From contig NC_045698.1 of NCBI RefSeq assembly GCF_009834535.1, forward strand, positions 1,180,001 through 1,244,000: DNA of 64,000 nucleotides, in the 5' to 3' direction. The DNA comes from Camelus ferus. Lineage: Eukaryota. A program made the translations under genes and the position numbers. Under the pieces are notes generated by a model that saw nothing but the letters and a program-made list of their open reading frames with translations, made no database searches and was not told the origin of the DNA. This document shows, piece after piece, positions 1 to 12,402 of this stretch (positions within the stretch are counted from its first letter, which is position 1; every line of letters begins with the position of its first letter).

Positions 1-1341
1 CCTCCTCCTCCGGGAGCTTCCTTTGCACTGGCGTCCAAGTGTGGGCATGCCTGCCCGAGGGGCCGAGAGATGGTGAGTCTGCAGTGGGCCGGGAGGGTTG
101 TCTTGGGGTGTGGGCAGGTCTGCGTCCCTCCTCTCACCCACAGGGAGGCCAGCCTTGTGAGGCTCCGCAGGGTCCCCAGAGAAAGTCCCCAAGGAGGCAG
201 AGTGCTGTGGGGATGGGGACGCCCAAGTGTGCCTCCTGTGAGCCGGTGCCCTGGAGAGACCGAGGCATAGAGGAGACATTCCTGCACGGGCAGCCTGTCC
301 CCCAAAGTGTCAGCACGGAGCCCCCGGGGACACCGTCCCCTGGATCTGCGTCGCCCAGGTGAGGCGCTGCTCCAGGTTGGGCAGGTCTCCATCACAGGAG
401 GTGAGCCCTCCGGCCGGGGCAAGGCATGGGGGGGACCCCCCGGGGGAAAGTGTTCACATCCTGCCGATGTCCTCACCACTGAGCAGGGTTTCCAACCCCG
501 CAGTCCTCGGGCCCCTCGCGGCCAGGTGCACCTGCCCGACGCCCGATCGGGCCTCATGGCAACAGAGAGGCTGCCCCCGCCCCCCGGGCGGCCTGCGAGT
601 CCGGCTGGTGTCTCTGCAGCATCTCCGCTCATGGGGCACTCTGACCCCGCTGTCCCCGGTCGCAGTGGCTGTCCCGCGCCAGCCACGCGGTCGGCTGCCG
701 CCTCTCCAGGCACAGAGCAAGGCCTGGCTGCTTGTTCAGCAGGCCGAGGCCCAGGCTTGTTCCGCCTAACACGGTCCCGGACAGTGAGCCCCGAGCAGAA
801 AAGCCAGAGCAGGTAGAACAGAAAACGAATTCAGTTCCAAAAAGCCCACCGGTGCTGTGCTGCGTGGTGTGCGGCTGGCGGCAACACTGATCAGGTCTCC
901 GACACGCCGGTGTTTCAGTCACTATTAGTTTTTGCGTTACTTTTTATTGCTTTCACATATTGCACTGGAATGTTGTTTATCTCAGTTACGAGTCTCTTTG
1001 ACGGACCTGACATTTTCTGGCCGAGGCTGGTGCCCGTCATCCTCACCCCGGCTGCAGTCCCGGCGGCTGGGACTGTGAGGTGCCTGCGAGAAATGTGGCC
1101 AGGAAATGCCTGGAGAAAACCAGAAAACGTGGCCGAGGCCCGTAAACATAATTGGAAGAAGTCTGGGGTGACGCCACCTTCGAGCTTTGCCTCCTTCCTG
1201 ACACGCGAGCTCGGCACCTCCTGTGCGCAGACTAACCCGCGGACACGCTTTCATGCGCTTGCTACCTCCAGCTCAGGCTCTGGCTGTGTTCTGTCGTGAT
1301 TCCGTCTTGGCTCATTGGGATTCTCTTACTGACGTACGTGT

Positions 1342-2490
1342 ACAAATAAAGATATTGAATCAATAACCAAAAAAAAAAAACCCTAATGAATGTAAGTCCA
1401 GACGGGTGCCTTCATGGTTGAATTCCATCGAACATTAAAGAAGAATTAACACCAGTCATTCTCAGACTTTTCTAAAAATACAAGAGGCTGGAGAACTCCC
1501 TAGCATGTCTGTGAGGGCATGCCACCCCGGACACCCAGCCGGACAGAAGCGCCAGACAGAAGAGAAGCTGTTGGCTGCACCCCTCATGAACGCAGAGGGA
1601 AATCCTCCACAGGCACCACCCAACGGCGCATTGAGAGGATCAAACACCACGACCGAATGGGATTCATCCCAAGAACGTGAGGGCGTTTCAACACCCCCAA
1701 ACCAAACAATGTCATACGTCATATTAACAGGATGAAGGGAGCGGAAAGGATAACCTCAATTAATGCAGAAAAAGCATTTCTAAAGGCCAGTACCTTCCAT
1801 GACATAAAGACTCAATGACTGGGGGCAGAAGAAAACCCTCTGCGTGAGCTCAAGGGCACCTGCGGAGGACCCACAGCTGACCCCTCCGAGGCCAGGGACG
1901 GGGAGGGAGCCTGTTCCCAGCACCTCGCCTCAGGCTGGACTGGAGGTCCTCTCCAGGGCAGCCAGGCGAGAAGAAGAAGTGAATGGCGCCCATGCTGAAG
2001 AGGGAAAAGCAAAGCTATTTCTACCTGCAGATTACATAACGTTACAGATGAGGCCCCGACATAACCCATCCAGAAGTATTTAGAGCTAGTAACTGAGGGG
2101 GCAAAACCGAAGGACAGAATCAACACACGACAGCTGTATTTCCACTCCCTGACGGCGGGCGACCTGCAGACGGAAGTTAACGAGAGCATCAAAAAGCGCA
2201 CAGGACCCAGGGAGACACTCAGCTGAGCAGGTGCAGGACCCGAACGCCCACAACCACAAAACACTGCTGAACGAAACTGAAAACAACCTGAGTAAATGGA
2301 AGGCAGCCCAGGCTCACGGGCTGGGAGAGCTGGCGCTGTGCAGACGGCTACACCCCGAGGCAGTGGAGCCGGTCCCCGTCAAGCTCCAGGGGCCTCTGTG
2401 TGGGCAGGGGTGGAGACACTGCCCCTAAAGTTCATTTGGAATTTCAAGGAGTGCTGGATAACCAAAACATTCTTGACAAAGAAGAACAAA
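1342..2490 (+). mobile_element. Degenerate LINE-1 ORF2 fragment (reverse transcriptase region)
   Basis: Colinear with the remembered L1 ORF2 sequence. 'gaattccatcgaacattaaagaagaattaacacc' ~ EFYQTFKEELIP; 'gggattcatccc' ~ GFIP; 'taatgcagaaaaagcattt' ~ DAEKAF. ORF-track peptides KLFLPADYI ~ KLSLFADDMI, NHKTLLNETENNLSKWK ~ NYKTLLKEIKEDTNKWK, LKFIWNFK ~ LKFIWN. Many stops and frameshifts. Confidence 0.92.
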
Positions 2491-2870
2491 GGGAAATAAA
2501 CGATACACCGACTGGCAAGGAAGAGAGAAAGCCGTCGTCCTTGTTCACAGATTGCATGGTGGTGTATGTAGAAAATACGAAAAAATTGAAAAAAACCCTC
2601 CTGGAATAGGTGACCACAGCAAGTTTGAAGGACACAAGGCTAATAATATACAATTATGATATAATTATATATTAAAAGTCAATTCTTTCCTTTTTTTTTC
2701 ATTTTTTTTATTGAGTTATAGTCATTTTACAATGTCGTGTCAACAGTTGCTTTCTTATGTATCAGTGATGAACAAGTGGGATTTGAAATTAAAACCACAT
2801 TATTTATATTAGCATCTCTCCAAATGAAATATTTAGATATAAATCTAACAAAATATGTGCAAGGTGCATA
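2490..2870 (+). mobile_element. Second LINE-1 ORF2 fragment, again covering the RT FADD region
   Basis: ORF 2400..2609 gives REINDTPTGKEERKPSSLFTDCMVVYVENTKK ~ KEIKGIQIGKEEVKLSLFADDMILYIENPK. Homology continues to 'atttagatataaatctaacaaaatatgtgcaag' ~ YLGINLTK.V. Confidence 0.85.
2691..2742 (-). mobile_element. Very short, 5'-truncated young L1 3' tail inserted antisense into the older L1
   Basis: T-run followed by 'ttattgagttatagtcattttacaatgtcgtgtca', the reverse complement of the same L1 terminus seen on + at about 11680-11715 and 23430-23479. Confidence 0.75.
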
Positions 2871-3241
2871 CGTTAAGTGTAAGTATTTTCCTCAAGGACT
2901 TTTGGTTTAGTAAAGCTTGCAGCATAGACAGCGAACAACCAGGTCTTTTAAAATAAGTGTTTCATTTGAAGTCCAGCACTAAGTAGAGAACATTTGTTCC
3001 ATGTAAGTGTACTGAAGAAAGTGGAATTTTGCTTGTGGATATTTTTTTTCTAGTTCTGGATGATCAGACCTTATCCTCAGCCAAAATCCTGTCGCTCCTT
3101 GTTGTAATAAGATGCCATCTGATGCCTTCACTGGGAAGCTGCCTCGGCAGTTGAATGTAAGTTAGTTTGGAGGCATTAATTAAATCTGCTTTAAATACTT
3201 AATCTGATCACTGCTGAAATTAGAAAAAGAGGAATGCTTAC

Positions 3242-3271
3242 TGCATATTGAATGTTTGCATATTGAATGTT
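3242..3271. repeat. Perfect 15-bp direct tandem duplication (tgcatattgaatgtt x2)
   Basis: Read directly: 3242-3256 and 3257-3271. Confidence 0.97.
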
Positions 3272-6200
3272 AGATCAATTGCAAGCAAACTCTCGCAAAA
3301 AAAGTCCATGACTGTAATTCCACTTTCGTGAATGTACTTACGTGGAGCAAATGTTCTCTCCCTTAGTGACGGGGTGCTTCCTGCGGAGGCGGACGGCGCA
3401 ACGTGCAGGTTCGCCAGGCGCGGACCCCCGGGCGCCCCTCGGCGGGACCCACCTGATGACCAGCCCTGGCGTCTCTTCTCTAGCCATGCTTACCCAAACC
3501 CTCACTTCCTGTCCCCTGTCTCGGCTTTCAGGTGCTGTCAGAGGGACTGTGAGCATAAGCCCAAGTCCCGGTGACAGTTTAGGAAGGGACCAGGTCGATG
3601 ACCCAGAGGAGATGGCCCACCAAGCCCCCGAGGTGCCCTCTGATGTGTGGGGGTCCCGTGTTCATTACTAGCGCTGGGTGAGTGTGCGGACCAGAGTGCA
3701 CGCTTCGGGGAGACCTGGAGTCGCCACTGCTGTCAAAGAAGGCAGAACGTCAGAACAGACTTTAGGGAAAACTGAAATCTTTGTTGTCTTTAAGCTGTTA
3801 GGTCCCTTAGCCATTTCAGATCCTTTCTGAGTTTCTTAAACATAATAACATATAATACATCTGTATAAAATTTGGTACAATTCTTGATGAGATTTTGTTT
3901 GATAGCTTAAAGAAAATATATATTCTGTATTCTAATAATTTAAAATTAACTAGAGCAATTGCAATTTAAAATTTGAGATATCATAAAGCATTAGACTTCA
4001 CCTTTTTCAAGTATTTTACAATGCTATACAAAATTAATATGCTAGAAAGATGGCAGAAAAACAAAGGAAATCAGGTTTTCTGTAATTTATGTTCTTAGCT
4101 GAAACGGGTATGGAAACCTCTGACTTTGGAAGGTAAACAGAGGGGAGGGTGAGCCCACCTGTTGCCCTCAGCCAGGAGCATCATCGCAGAGGGGCTCTGG
4201 CAGAGCCTTCACCTGTTCTGGTGGGAACGTCAGTGGGCGGGTGCAGATTCTTCTGCCGACAGGGCCTGGTACCAGCGCAGTGCTGACGGAGGGGCTGACC
4301 TCGGACGCACCCGGTCACGCGCCGGAACCAACGGGCATGCCACCCAGAACCCAGAATTCCCTTCCTTTGTGAGAAGACGACACTGCTTACCGGCTGGACA
4401 TCGCCTTTGGTTTACATGAAACTTTACAAAATGTTTCTCTTCCGTATAACTTCACCCCACACCACAGAGACAGCTTTGATCAATCAAACCCTGCCCATCC
4501 TTGGTGATTCTCAGAGCCTCAGGTCTCCGGCGCCAACTCCAGTTTCAGTCCACGTGGGAAACCTCCTGGGTTTGTCTTCTCTTCTCAGCCCTGAGGCTTT
4601 GCGCAAATAGGGCCACATGCTTCCTGAAGAGGCGCTGATTCTTCTGCACTCAGCCCTCCGGGCCACGCTCGTGAAGCAGGGCCCCACGCGCCACCCCCCC
4701 CCCCGGGCCGGCGGTGCCCACACTGTGCCCGTCAACCTCGTAATCGCCCTGCGGGCGGTAAAAGGGTTTCTGAGAAAAAGATCATTACTAGTGAGATTCT
4801 CATTCTGAAAGTCACTTTCAAAACTAACAAAAATAAACGTACGGACAGGGCCCCTCTCGTTACGTACCCAGCAATTTGCCTGTAAGCAGTGGTTTGCGCT
4901 GCTCGGTCAGGGTCCGGCAGATGAGGAAGCAGCTGAGGCAGAAGCCACCGGGGTGGAGGGCGGGTCTGCTTGCTGGCCGGAGGGCGTGGAATCCGGAACC
5001 CGCAGAGGGACCGGCCCAGGCAGTAGGCGGAGTCTGAGCCGAGCACCTGCTCACTGGTGCAGAGGGGGTCCACGACCCCGCGCTGGGCTGGGTGGACCAC
5101 CCTGACTGGAAATCTCAGCATGTGTTTGCCGTGTAGTCGCCAGGAACTGTGTCTGGTTACTTATCTCCTGCAGCGGATGTGTCTGTTAGGCACTCGGAGG
5201 CCCCGTGGTACTCAGCCGCAAGCTTCTCCCCGTGGAGAAACAGCCTTCTGGCAATGGTTAGGGACTGTCCCTTTGCTGGGAGTTAAATGGGAGGAAACCC
5301 CAGAGCAAGGAGGACTTCCTGCCCCTCACTTTTCTTAGGGAAACAAGAGGGCTTTCAAAGGCAGAACCCTGTCTTGTTCTTTAATCTGTGGTTTCTGATT
5401 TCTTTTCATGGAGATGGCATAATTGCATAATGTAAGCAAGAAGGAGTATTTACAAACCTTCCTCCACCCTATTGTTTGAGGGAAAAAAACCTGGAGGAAA
5501 TTGAATTTCCATAGGTTCGCCCCGCAGGTAACCTGGGTCTTAATCGTTGCAAATTCAAGCCCTAAAACGTGTCGCAAGCAGAACTCAGGCTTTTCCGTGG
5601 GGACCGACAAGCAAGCTCCCGTCAGCCCCCGTGTGGCTGCAGGCCAGCTAAGGTCTCGTCAGAAGGGAGGCTCTGCGCAGCGGAGCGGGTGGGGGTGTCG
5701 GATGAGTAGCTGCGCGGTGGCCCCCGTTGCCTTGTACAGATAAACAGGGAACAGAACAGAGGGAGCGGGTCTGGTGGCGGCCCCTTACACCAGAGAGGTG
5801 GCTGGAAACCACGCGTCGGGAGGCAGGCTCCCCGGACCCTGCTGCGGTGCCGCCGCCAAGTGCAGGGTGGCCGCGGGCGGTACGGGCCTCTCATGGCCTC
5901 CCGCCTGGTTAACTGCCGTACTTGACCCTGAATAATCAGGCTGTTTTACATCAGGCAGTTGCTGCTGTATAGACGTGGTCGTCACCAAGATGAACCGCCG
6001 TCCTGTGACTCGCCTGATGAGAGTGACCGATGTCCAGGCATCAAGAACGGGATAGTGTTTTGCGTGGACCAGTCTCACCGAAGCTGCTGGTGCCAGCTGG
6101 TGTCACAGAAGTCTTTTCTTCTGAAGCTCCAGCGTGTGAGGGCTCAGCGGCTTGTGTGGCGTGTGCCTGGAGTTACATTTAGAACTCTGACATGCGATCA

Positions 6201-7769
6201 CCTCGCGTCTTTTTTGCTGGTGACGCGGTGCAGTCAGATGTGCCGTTCTCGCGGGCAGCAGGAATCGGAGGAGTGAGGCTGATCTGTCCCCCAGGGCACA
6301 GCGGTCACTCCAGGTGGACTCTACCCATCAGTGCCGTGGGGGTCTGAGTTTCCTCAGGGGCTGCGAACCAGGACACACAGCAGCTCCGCAGCTGGCATCT
6401 TGGCTGTGTCCCTCCTCCTGTCCTTGGGTGACCCTCCAAGGACCGCAAGCCAACAGCACCTGCTCTCAGCTGCTCCTGCCCTGCTGGTGCTGGTCGCCTG
6501 CCGCCGCTGACGCCGCGGTGTCCGTCTTGAACCAAGTCCTTCGGTGCTTCTCTTGTAACTGTCAACAGAAAGATGTCCTTCCTTAAAAAGACATTTTTAC
6601 AGAAAAATAAAACCGACCGATTTACATGATTAGAGTGAATGCTCGATCGGAATTCTTTAATAAAATAAAAGCTTTTTGAAACGTAGACATTACTTGAATC
6701 TATCCTAACACAACACTGCCATTGTGGGCTGTGTTACGTCCCCCCCGCCCTTGATAAAAGATGAGGGGCCCCATCTGTGGAGGGTCTGGGGCAACCACAG
6801 GGTGCATGCAACATGCAGACCACACACCCTTCATCCAGTCTTCCTCCCTGAAAAACAGCTTTGTGGGTTTGAGTCCTCAGCAGTCCCACAGGTGTTTAGA
6901 TAATAACACATATGTAGGCTGCCATTGGCTCATTTTTATTACTTTACTTTCATGAAACATTTGCCTTTGTATGAAGATGAATTTGGAGAACTCCAGTTAT
7001 AAAATTGCCCCTGGCGTCTATTTCCAGAGTGTGTTGCTCTTGGTTCTGGATTGTCAGGGCTCATTCTGGAGGCAGCGTTTGTCCCCCACCCTGTGTGCCG
7101 TGCATCCCCGCGTCTCCACAGTAGGATTGGATCTCAGGCCAAGACGCACAGCCTGGGATGCTCGGTTCTGTTGGGGTTGCTGTCTGTGTTTCAATTTAAC
7201 AGTGTATGATTAAAAATAAAGAGTGCAAATGATGAGATAGGATGCTTTGCACAATGTTCACACGTGAAACATTTTAGTTCATTTCCCTAAGATCTTTAAC
7301 ACTGAAGCATGTTCTTTTAAAATTGTTGTTTTAGAACTAGACAGCATGTCAAGAAATAATCACTGCTACCTGTTGTCACACGTCTATTACCATTGCTCCT
7401 TGTTTGTTACTGAAAGGATCGTGAGGTGTTGAAAGAAGGTGTGAGAATCACCTCCGTGCTGAGCGTGCCAGGCACACGGCTGTTTGCAGGAAGAGCCTGT
7501 TTCTACCCCCAGCCCGCCCCAGACAACACTGGTTGAGTCGCCACAAAGCCCCTCTAGCCCACGAGCGGACCCGCACTGATGACCCCAGCCAAGGCGGGGT
7601 GACGGGCGTCACGGTCACCACCGCGCGCGAAGGAACTAAAGCCCTGAGGGAGGTCGCCAGCACGCTGGGCGTCGGGCGACGAGGGCTGGCGTTCTGGGAA
7701 GAGAAACAGGTGAGGTGCTCACAGTTACCCACGCTCACTGACCAGGGCTTCCAGGCCGCAGGGCAGGGA

Positions 7770-8230
7770 CCGGCTGAACTGTTTCCCCCAAAATTTACGT
7801 GATGCAACCCGAACTCCCGGCACCTCCAAATATAACTGGATTTGGAGAGAAAGTCTTTAAAGGAGCATGAAGTTCAAGTGAGCTCACTGGGCTCATTTTA
7901 ACTTCATCACAAAGGGCTGGCAGATCGCCTGTCCCGTCACCTGGCTGCAAAGCCTCACATGGTATCAGGTGGGCCCTGAGCCCGTAGGACTGGTGTCCTT
8001 ATAAGAAGGGGAGATAAGGACACATACACACTCAGAAGAGAGACCACGTGGGGATGCAGGGAGAAGACGGCCGTCTATACATCAAGGGCAGAGGCCTCAG
8101 AGGACCCAGTGCTGCGGACACCTTGGTCTTGGACTTCCAGCCTCAGGAACTGGGAGGGAGCTCACTGCTGTGGTTCAAGCTCCTGGTCCAGGTCTGTGGT
8201 GCTTTGCTGTGGTGGCCGGAGCTGACCACA
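7770..8230 (+). mobile_element. MaLR solo LTR, MLT1A/B-like
   Basis: Hallmark blocks 'cccccaaaattt', 'gactggtgtccttataagaag', 'gggagaagacggccgtctatac', 'gacaccttggtcttggacttccagcctc', 'gtctgtggtgctttg'. Interrupted at about 7885-7965. Confidence 0.9.
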
Positions 8231-8639
8231 GGTCGGCGGGGGGAGCCCACAGAGATGCTGGCAGATGGCCTGAGGTGAGGGGACGGGAGACCCGGGAGGC
8301 CAGGGCAGCTGATTCACAGGGCAGAGGATGGACGAGGAGAGAGCCGCAGAGGGTGCCCCTGCTGGGCCGGCGGGGCACTGGGCAGTGCTCACGTGGGGAA
8401 ACAGCCCAGGAGGACCCAGGGAGCAGCACTCAGAGGTTACAAAGGGCTGGCATCCTGCCTGGGCCATCACCACATTGCAGGGCATCAGGCAGAGTGACCG
8501 GGGGGCTTTGCTTCAGTGACGGCAGGTTCAGCCGCAGGCTGACAGCCGCTCTAGTGACGCCTGACAGGGCCTAGAAACACGGCCCCAGAGAACAGCTGTT
8601 TTCAAATAACTACGCCCAGAACGAAGGGCAAGAATGTGT

Positions 8640-11600
8640 TTGCAGACCTAAAAAGTGTCCAGCACCCAAAGGATAGAGTTTATCCAACCACAATGGGCAG
8701 CTTTGGAGAGACGCAGGAATTGAGAGGAGCGAACAGTGGTTGAAGAAATAATAACTGGAAAATATCCAAATACGATGAACCTTATAAATTCATAGATCCA
8801 AGAATTTTCTCCAACCTCGTGAGCAAAAAGCACAAGAAGTTACACCAGTGTGGGCCATCATCAGACTGCAGAAAGCCAACAACAAAGAGGAAATCGTAAA
8901 AGCAGCCAGAGACACAAAGACACACGGCAGGTGTGCCGTGGGATCAAGGTAAGGATGGAGGCGGACTTCTTGTCATCGCCAGTTCAGGGCAGAGGCAGGG
9001 AAGCAACATCTGTAAAAAACTGAAAGAAAAAAATGTCAGCCTCGAATTTCTTACCCAGTGAAAGTCTCTTTCAAAAATGAAGGCAGAATAAAGACTTGTA
9101 AAGACCTACAAAGCTGAAAGAAGTTACCACCAGCAGGCCCACACAACAGAAAATGTCAGAGCAGGTCCTTCGGGCAGAAGAAAAATGACCCAGATGGAAA
9201 CCTGAATCCACACAAAGGAAAGAAGACCACAAATGGCCACCAGAATCATGAATATAAAGTGGTTTTTCTCATTTAAATTTCTTTGAAAGGTAATTGACTG
9301 TTTCTAGCTGTAGAAACATAAAAATAATGTGATTTCGGTTATGATATGTGTGGAAGCAAAGTGCACTGAGGCCAGGAGGGAGAAGTGCAGGTGCTGGCGT
9401 TTGTAGGAGGATGGTGACAGGTGAGATATGCGCACCATACACTCTGCACAACCCTCGGGCACCACAGCAAGGGGAATAGCCAGGGAGATGACAAAGGAGG
9501 TAAGACAGAATCATAAAGTGCACTGAATCCAAAAGGAAACACAGAAATAGACAGAGAATGAGGAGCAAATGTGACAAACTGGAAGCAAATGGCAAGATGG
9601 TAAACTTAATCCAACCATAGCAACAATCACATTAAATGTAAATGGTCAAGACACTGATCGAAAGGCAGAGATTGTTAGATTGGATAAAACTCAGTACCCA
9701 AGTATTTGCTAACTAAAATAAACTCACTTTAAAAACAAAGACACAAACAGATTAGAAGGGTGTAATTTATATATTTCATATTAACATTAATCAATAGATA
9801 GAAGGCGTATCCTTATTAATGCAAGCAAAAGTCTATTTCAGAGCAAAAGTTATTCCTGGGGATGAAAAGGGCCATTTCATAATGATAAAGTTGCCAATTA
9901 ATCAAGAGGACATAATAATCCTCAGCATTCATAAGCCTAAAATCAGAGAGGCAAATACATGTAGGCGGAATTAAAAGGATAAATCCCAAACCCAGAATTG
10001 GAGTCAGCACCCTTCCCTCAGAATAGAAAGGCAGAGCATCAGGAAAGACCCAGGAAACACTGAGCAACACTGCCGACCCCCTGATGTGCTTCACAGCTGT
10101 GGACCAATTCACCCAACAACCATGGAATATGTGTGGTTTTCAAGTGCACATGGAACAGGCACCAGGATAGAGTCCATTAATGCGCCATGAACAAGTCCCA
10201 GTGCAAAGTACTAGCAAGTACATGTTCTGACCGGCAGTGAAATTAATGAGAAATCAGCGACAGACGATGTCTGGGCTATCCCCAAATATTTGGAAATCAA
10301 ACAGCACACTCCTAGCTAATCTATGGGTCAAACAAGAAACCAAAAGAAAAGTTAGAAAATAAACACAATTAGTAAAAACAAAACAACAGCATGTCACACT
10401 TCTCAAGATGCATGTAAGGCAGTGCCTGCAGGAGGTTGCATGGCGCTACATTCCTGTATCACAAAAGAAGGAAAGTCCCTGATCACTTACGTCAGATCTC
10501 GCCTTGGTGAACTAGAAAAGCAAGAGCAGGTGAAACTCTGAGAGAAGAAAGGAAATGATAAGCATCAGACAGAAGCCAGCAGATTGGAAAAAGAAGGAAT
10601 CATTGGAAAAAGCCGTGAAGCCCAAAGCTGGCTTTTCGAGGGAATCAATAAAATTAATAAACCTCAAGCTGAGCTGCAGGAAGAAGGAGAGAAAACACAA
10701 ATTAGATGTCAGAAGCGAGAGAGACGGCGTCACCGTTGGTCCTACAGATACTGAAAGTACAGTGAGGGGAGAGTTGGCATAAATCTGATGGCAATAAATT
10801 TTAAAAGTTAGATAAAATGGATGTATTCCTCGGAAGACAAAAACTACCAGAACTTATTTGAGGGAAAATAGGCCATCTGAGTAGGAGTATACATGTATGA
10901 CAAATTGAAATGTGGTTTAAAATCTTTCCAGAAGGAAAATGCGGGCCTGCACGGCTCCTCTGCTGATGCAGCCAGACATTTAGAGGAGAAGCACCTGCAG
11001 CCAGCAGCACACTCGCCAGCGCAGCGCTTCTCCCGCAACGGCAAGACGAGGGGACCCCGTTCTCAGCACTGCTGTTCAGCGCTGCACTGCAGGTCCCAGA
11101 CAGGGCGACCCTTACGCAGGAAAACCAGTGGAGCACATCAGGTCAGAAAGGAAGTAAGACTGACTTGGCGTTCAGACCACACACTTGTCTATGCAGACAA
11201 TCCTTGGAGTCTAGAAAAACAGCCCCTGGAAGTCACATGTGAGTTTAGCGAAGCTGCAGAACACAAGATCAGCACACAAAACGTGCTCAGTCTTTGCACA
11301 CAGACAACAGTTAGAAATAAAAGTGAAAAATGCCATTCCCAATGTCACAAAAATACCAAGTCCTTGGGGATAAATCCAACAAAAAGTGCAGGACCTATGC
11401 ACTGAAAACAACAAGTTTTTGATGAGCAACTTAAAATAGACCTAATTAAACAGAGAGACGGACCAGAGCTGCAGATTGGGAGACATTACGTGGGGTGTCA
11501 GTTGTCCCCAGATGTATATGTGGATTCAGGGCAACACCAGTCAAAATCCTAGCAGGCCCCCACTTTTGGTAGAAATCGACAACCTAGTTCTAAAATTCAT

Positions 11601-12402
11601 GTACAGTGTGCAGTATGAAAAGGAATATGTACATGTGTATATAGGTGTGTAACTGAATTACTATGCTGTGCGCCAGAAACTAACACAGCATTGTAAACTG
11701 ACTGCACTTCAATTAAAAAAGAAGAAAAGGAAAAAACAAAACCAAAAAAGGCTCTTGTCCACAAAGAAAAAAAAATCACGTACAGATCGCAAACTACTTA
11801 AGGTAGTTAAATAATTTTGAAATAGAAGAATGAATCTGGAAGATTTTCACTATCTGATTTCAGGACTTACTATATGGTTTTCAGGATTTACTCTTTGGAC
11901 AAACAGGGCAATAGAATAGAAGAGAGAATTCAAAAATAGACGTGTGTATATGCTGACTGGCTTTTGATAAATGTGCACATCAGTGGAGAAAGGACAGTCT
12001 CTCTCTCCTTTCTGGAACAATTGGTGACCCATAAAAATTAACTTTGTCCTATGCCTTGCACCACATACAAAATTTAGTCAGAATGGGTCACAAACTTAAA
12101 CTGAAAACTGCAAAGCTTCTAGAAGAAAACATACAGGAAATCTTTGGGACTTTAGGTTAGACAAATACTTCTTAGATGTAACGTCAAAAGCATGACCTAT
12201 AAAAGGAAACGTTGGTGCCTTCTACTTCCTCAAAATCAGTATCTTCCCTTAGAAAGAAGATACCGGGAGAGAGGCACAAACTGGAAGAAAATACTTGCAG
12301 GTCACATGCATGACAAAGGACTTGTAGCCAGAATATGTAAAGAACTCTCAAAAGTCAACAACAGGAGACAAGGAACTGAATACAAAATAAGCAAAAGATT
12401 GG
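8640..12402 (+). mobile_element. Old, internally deleted LINE-1 (ORF1 3' half, ORF2 endonuclease through C-terminal region), L1M-type
   Basis: ORF1-like 'tgaagaaataataactggaaaatatccaaa' (EEII.ENFPN) and 'aaagaggaaatcgtaaaagcagccaga' (KEKILKAAR). EN start 'aatcacattaaatgtaaatggtc' (ITLNVNG). 'aagttagataaaatggatgtattcct' (NLDEMD.F). C-terminal WKKILAGHMHDKGLVARICKELSK in ORF 12192..12551. A-rich sense strand. Confidence 0.92.
11607..11770 (+). mobile_element. Young 5'-truncated L1 3' end nested in the older L1, with a 15-bp target-site duplication
   Basis: L1 terminus 'ccagaaactaacacagcattgtaaactgactgcacttcaattaaaaaa'. Flanked by aaaattcatgtacag (11592-11606) and aaaaatcacgtacag (11771-11785), 13/15 identical. 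Confidence 0.85.

Noticed and set aside
1345..1380. AATAAA followed by an A-run, resembling a processed-pseudogene or mRNA tail
   Set aside because: It is colinear with L1 ORF2 (..aaagagattgaatcagtaatcaaaaa..) and continues directly into L1 RT sequence.
5955..6276. Acceptor-like ttttacatcag followed by a 105-aa ORF and downstream AATAAA motifs
   Set aside because: No recognisable protein or partner exons; signals are too weak to call a terminal exon.
8640..12402. Active or domesticated L1 reverse transcriptase
   Set aside because: All L1 pieces carry many stops, frameshifts and deletions, and the catalytic FADD motifs are mutated.
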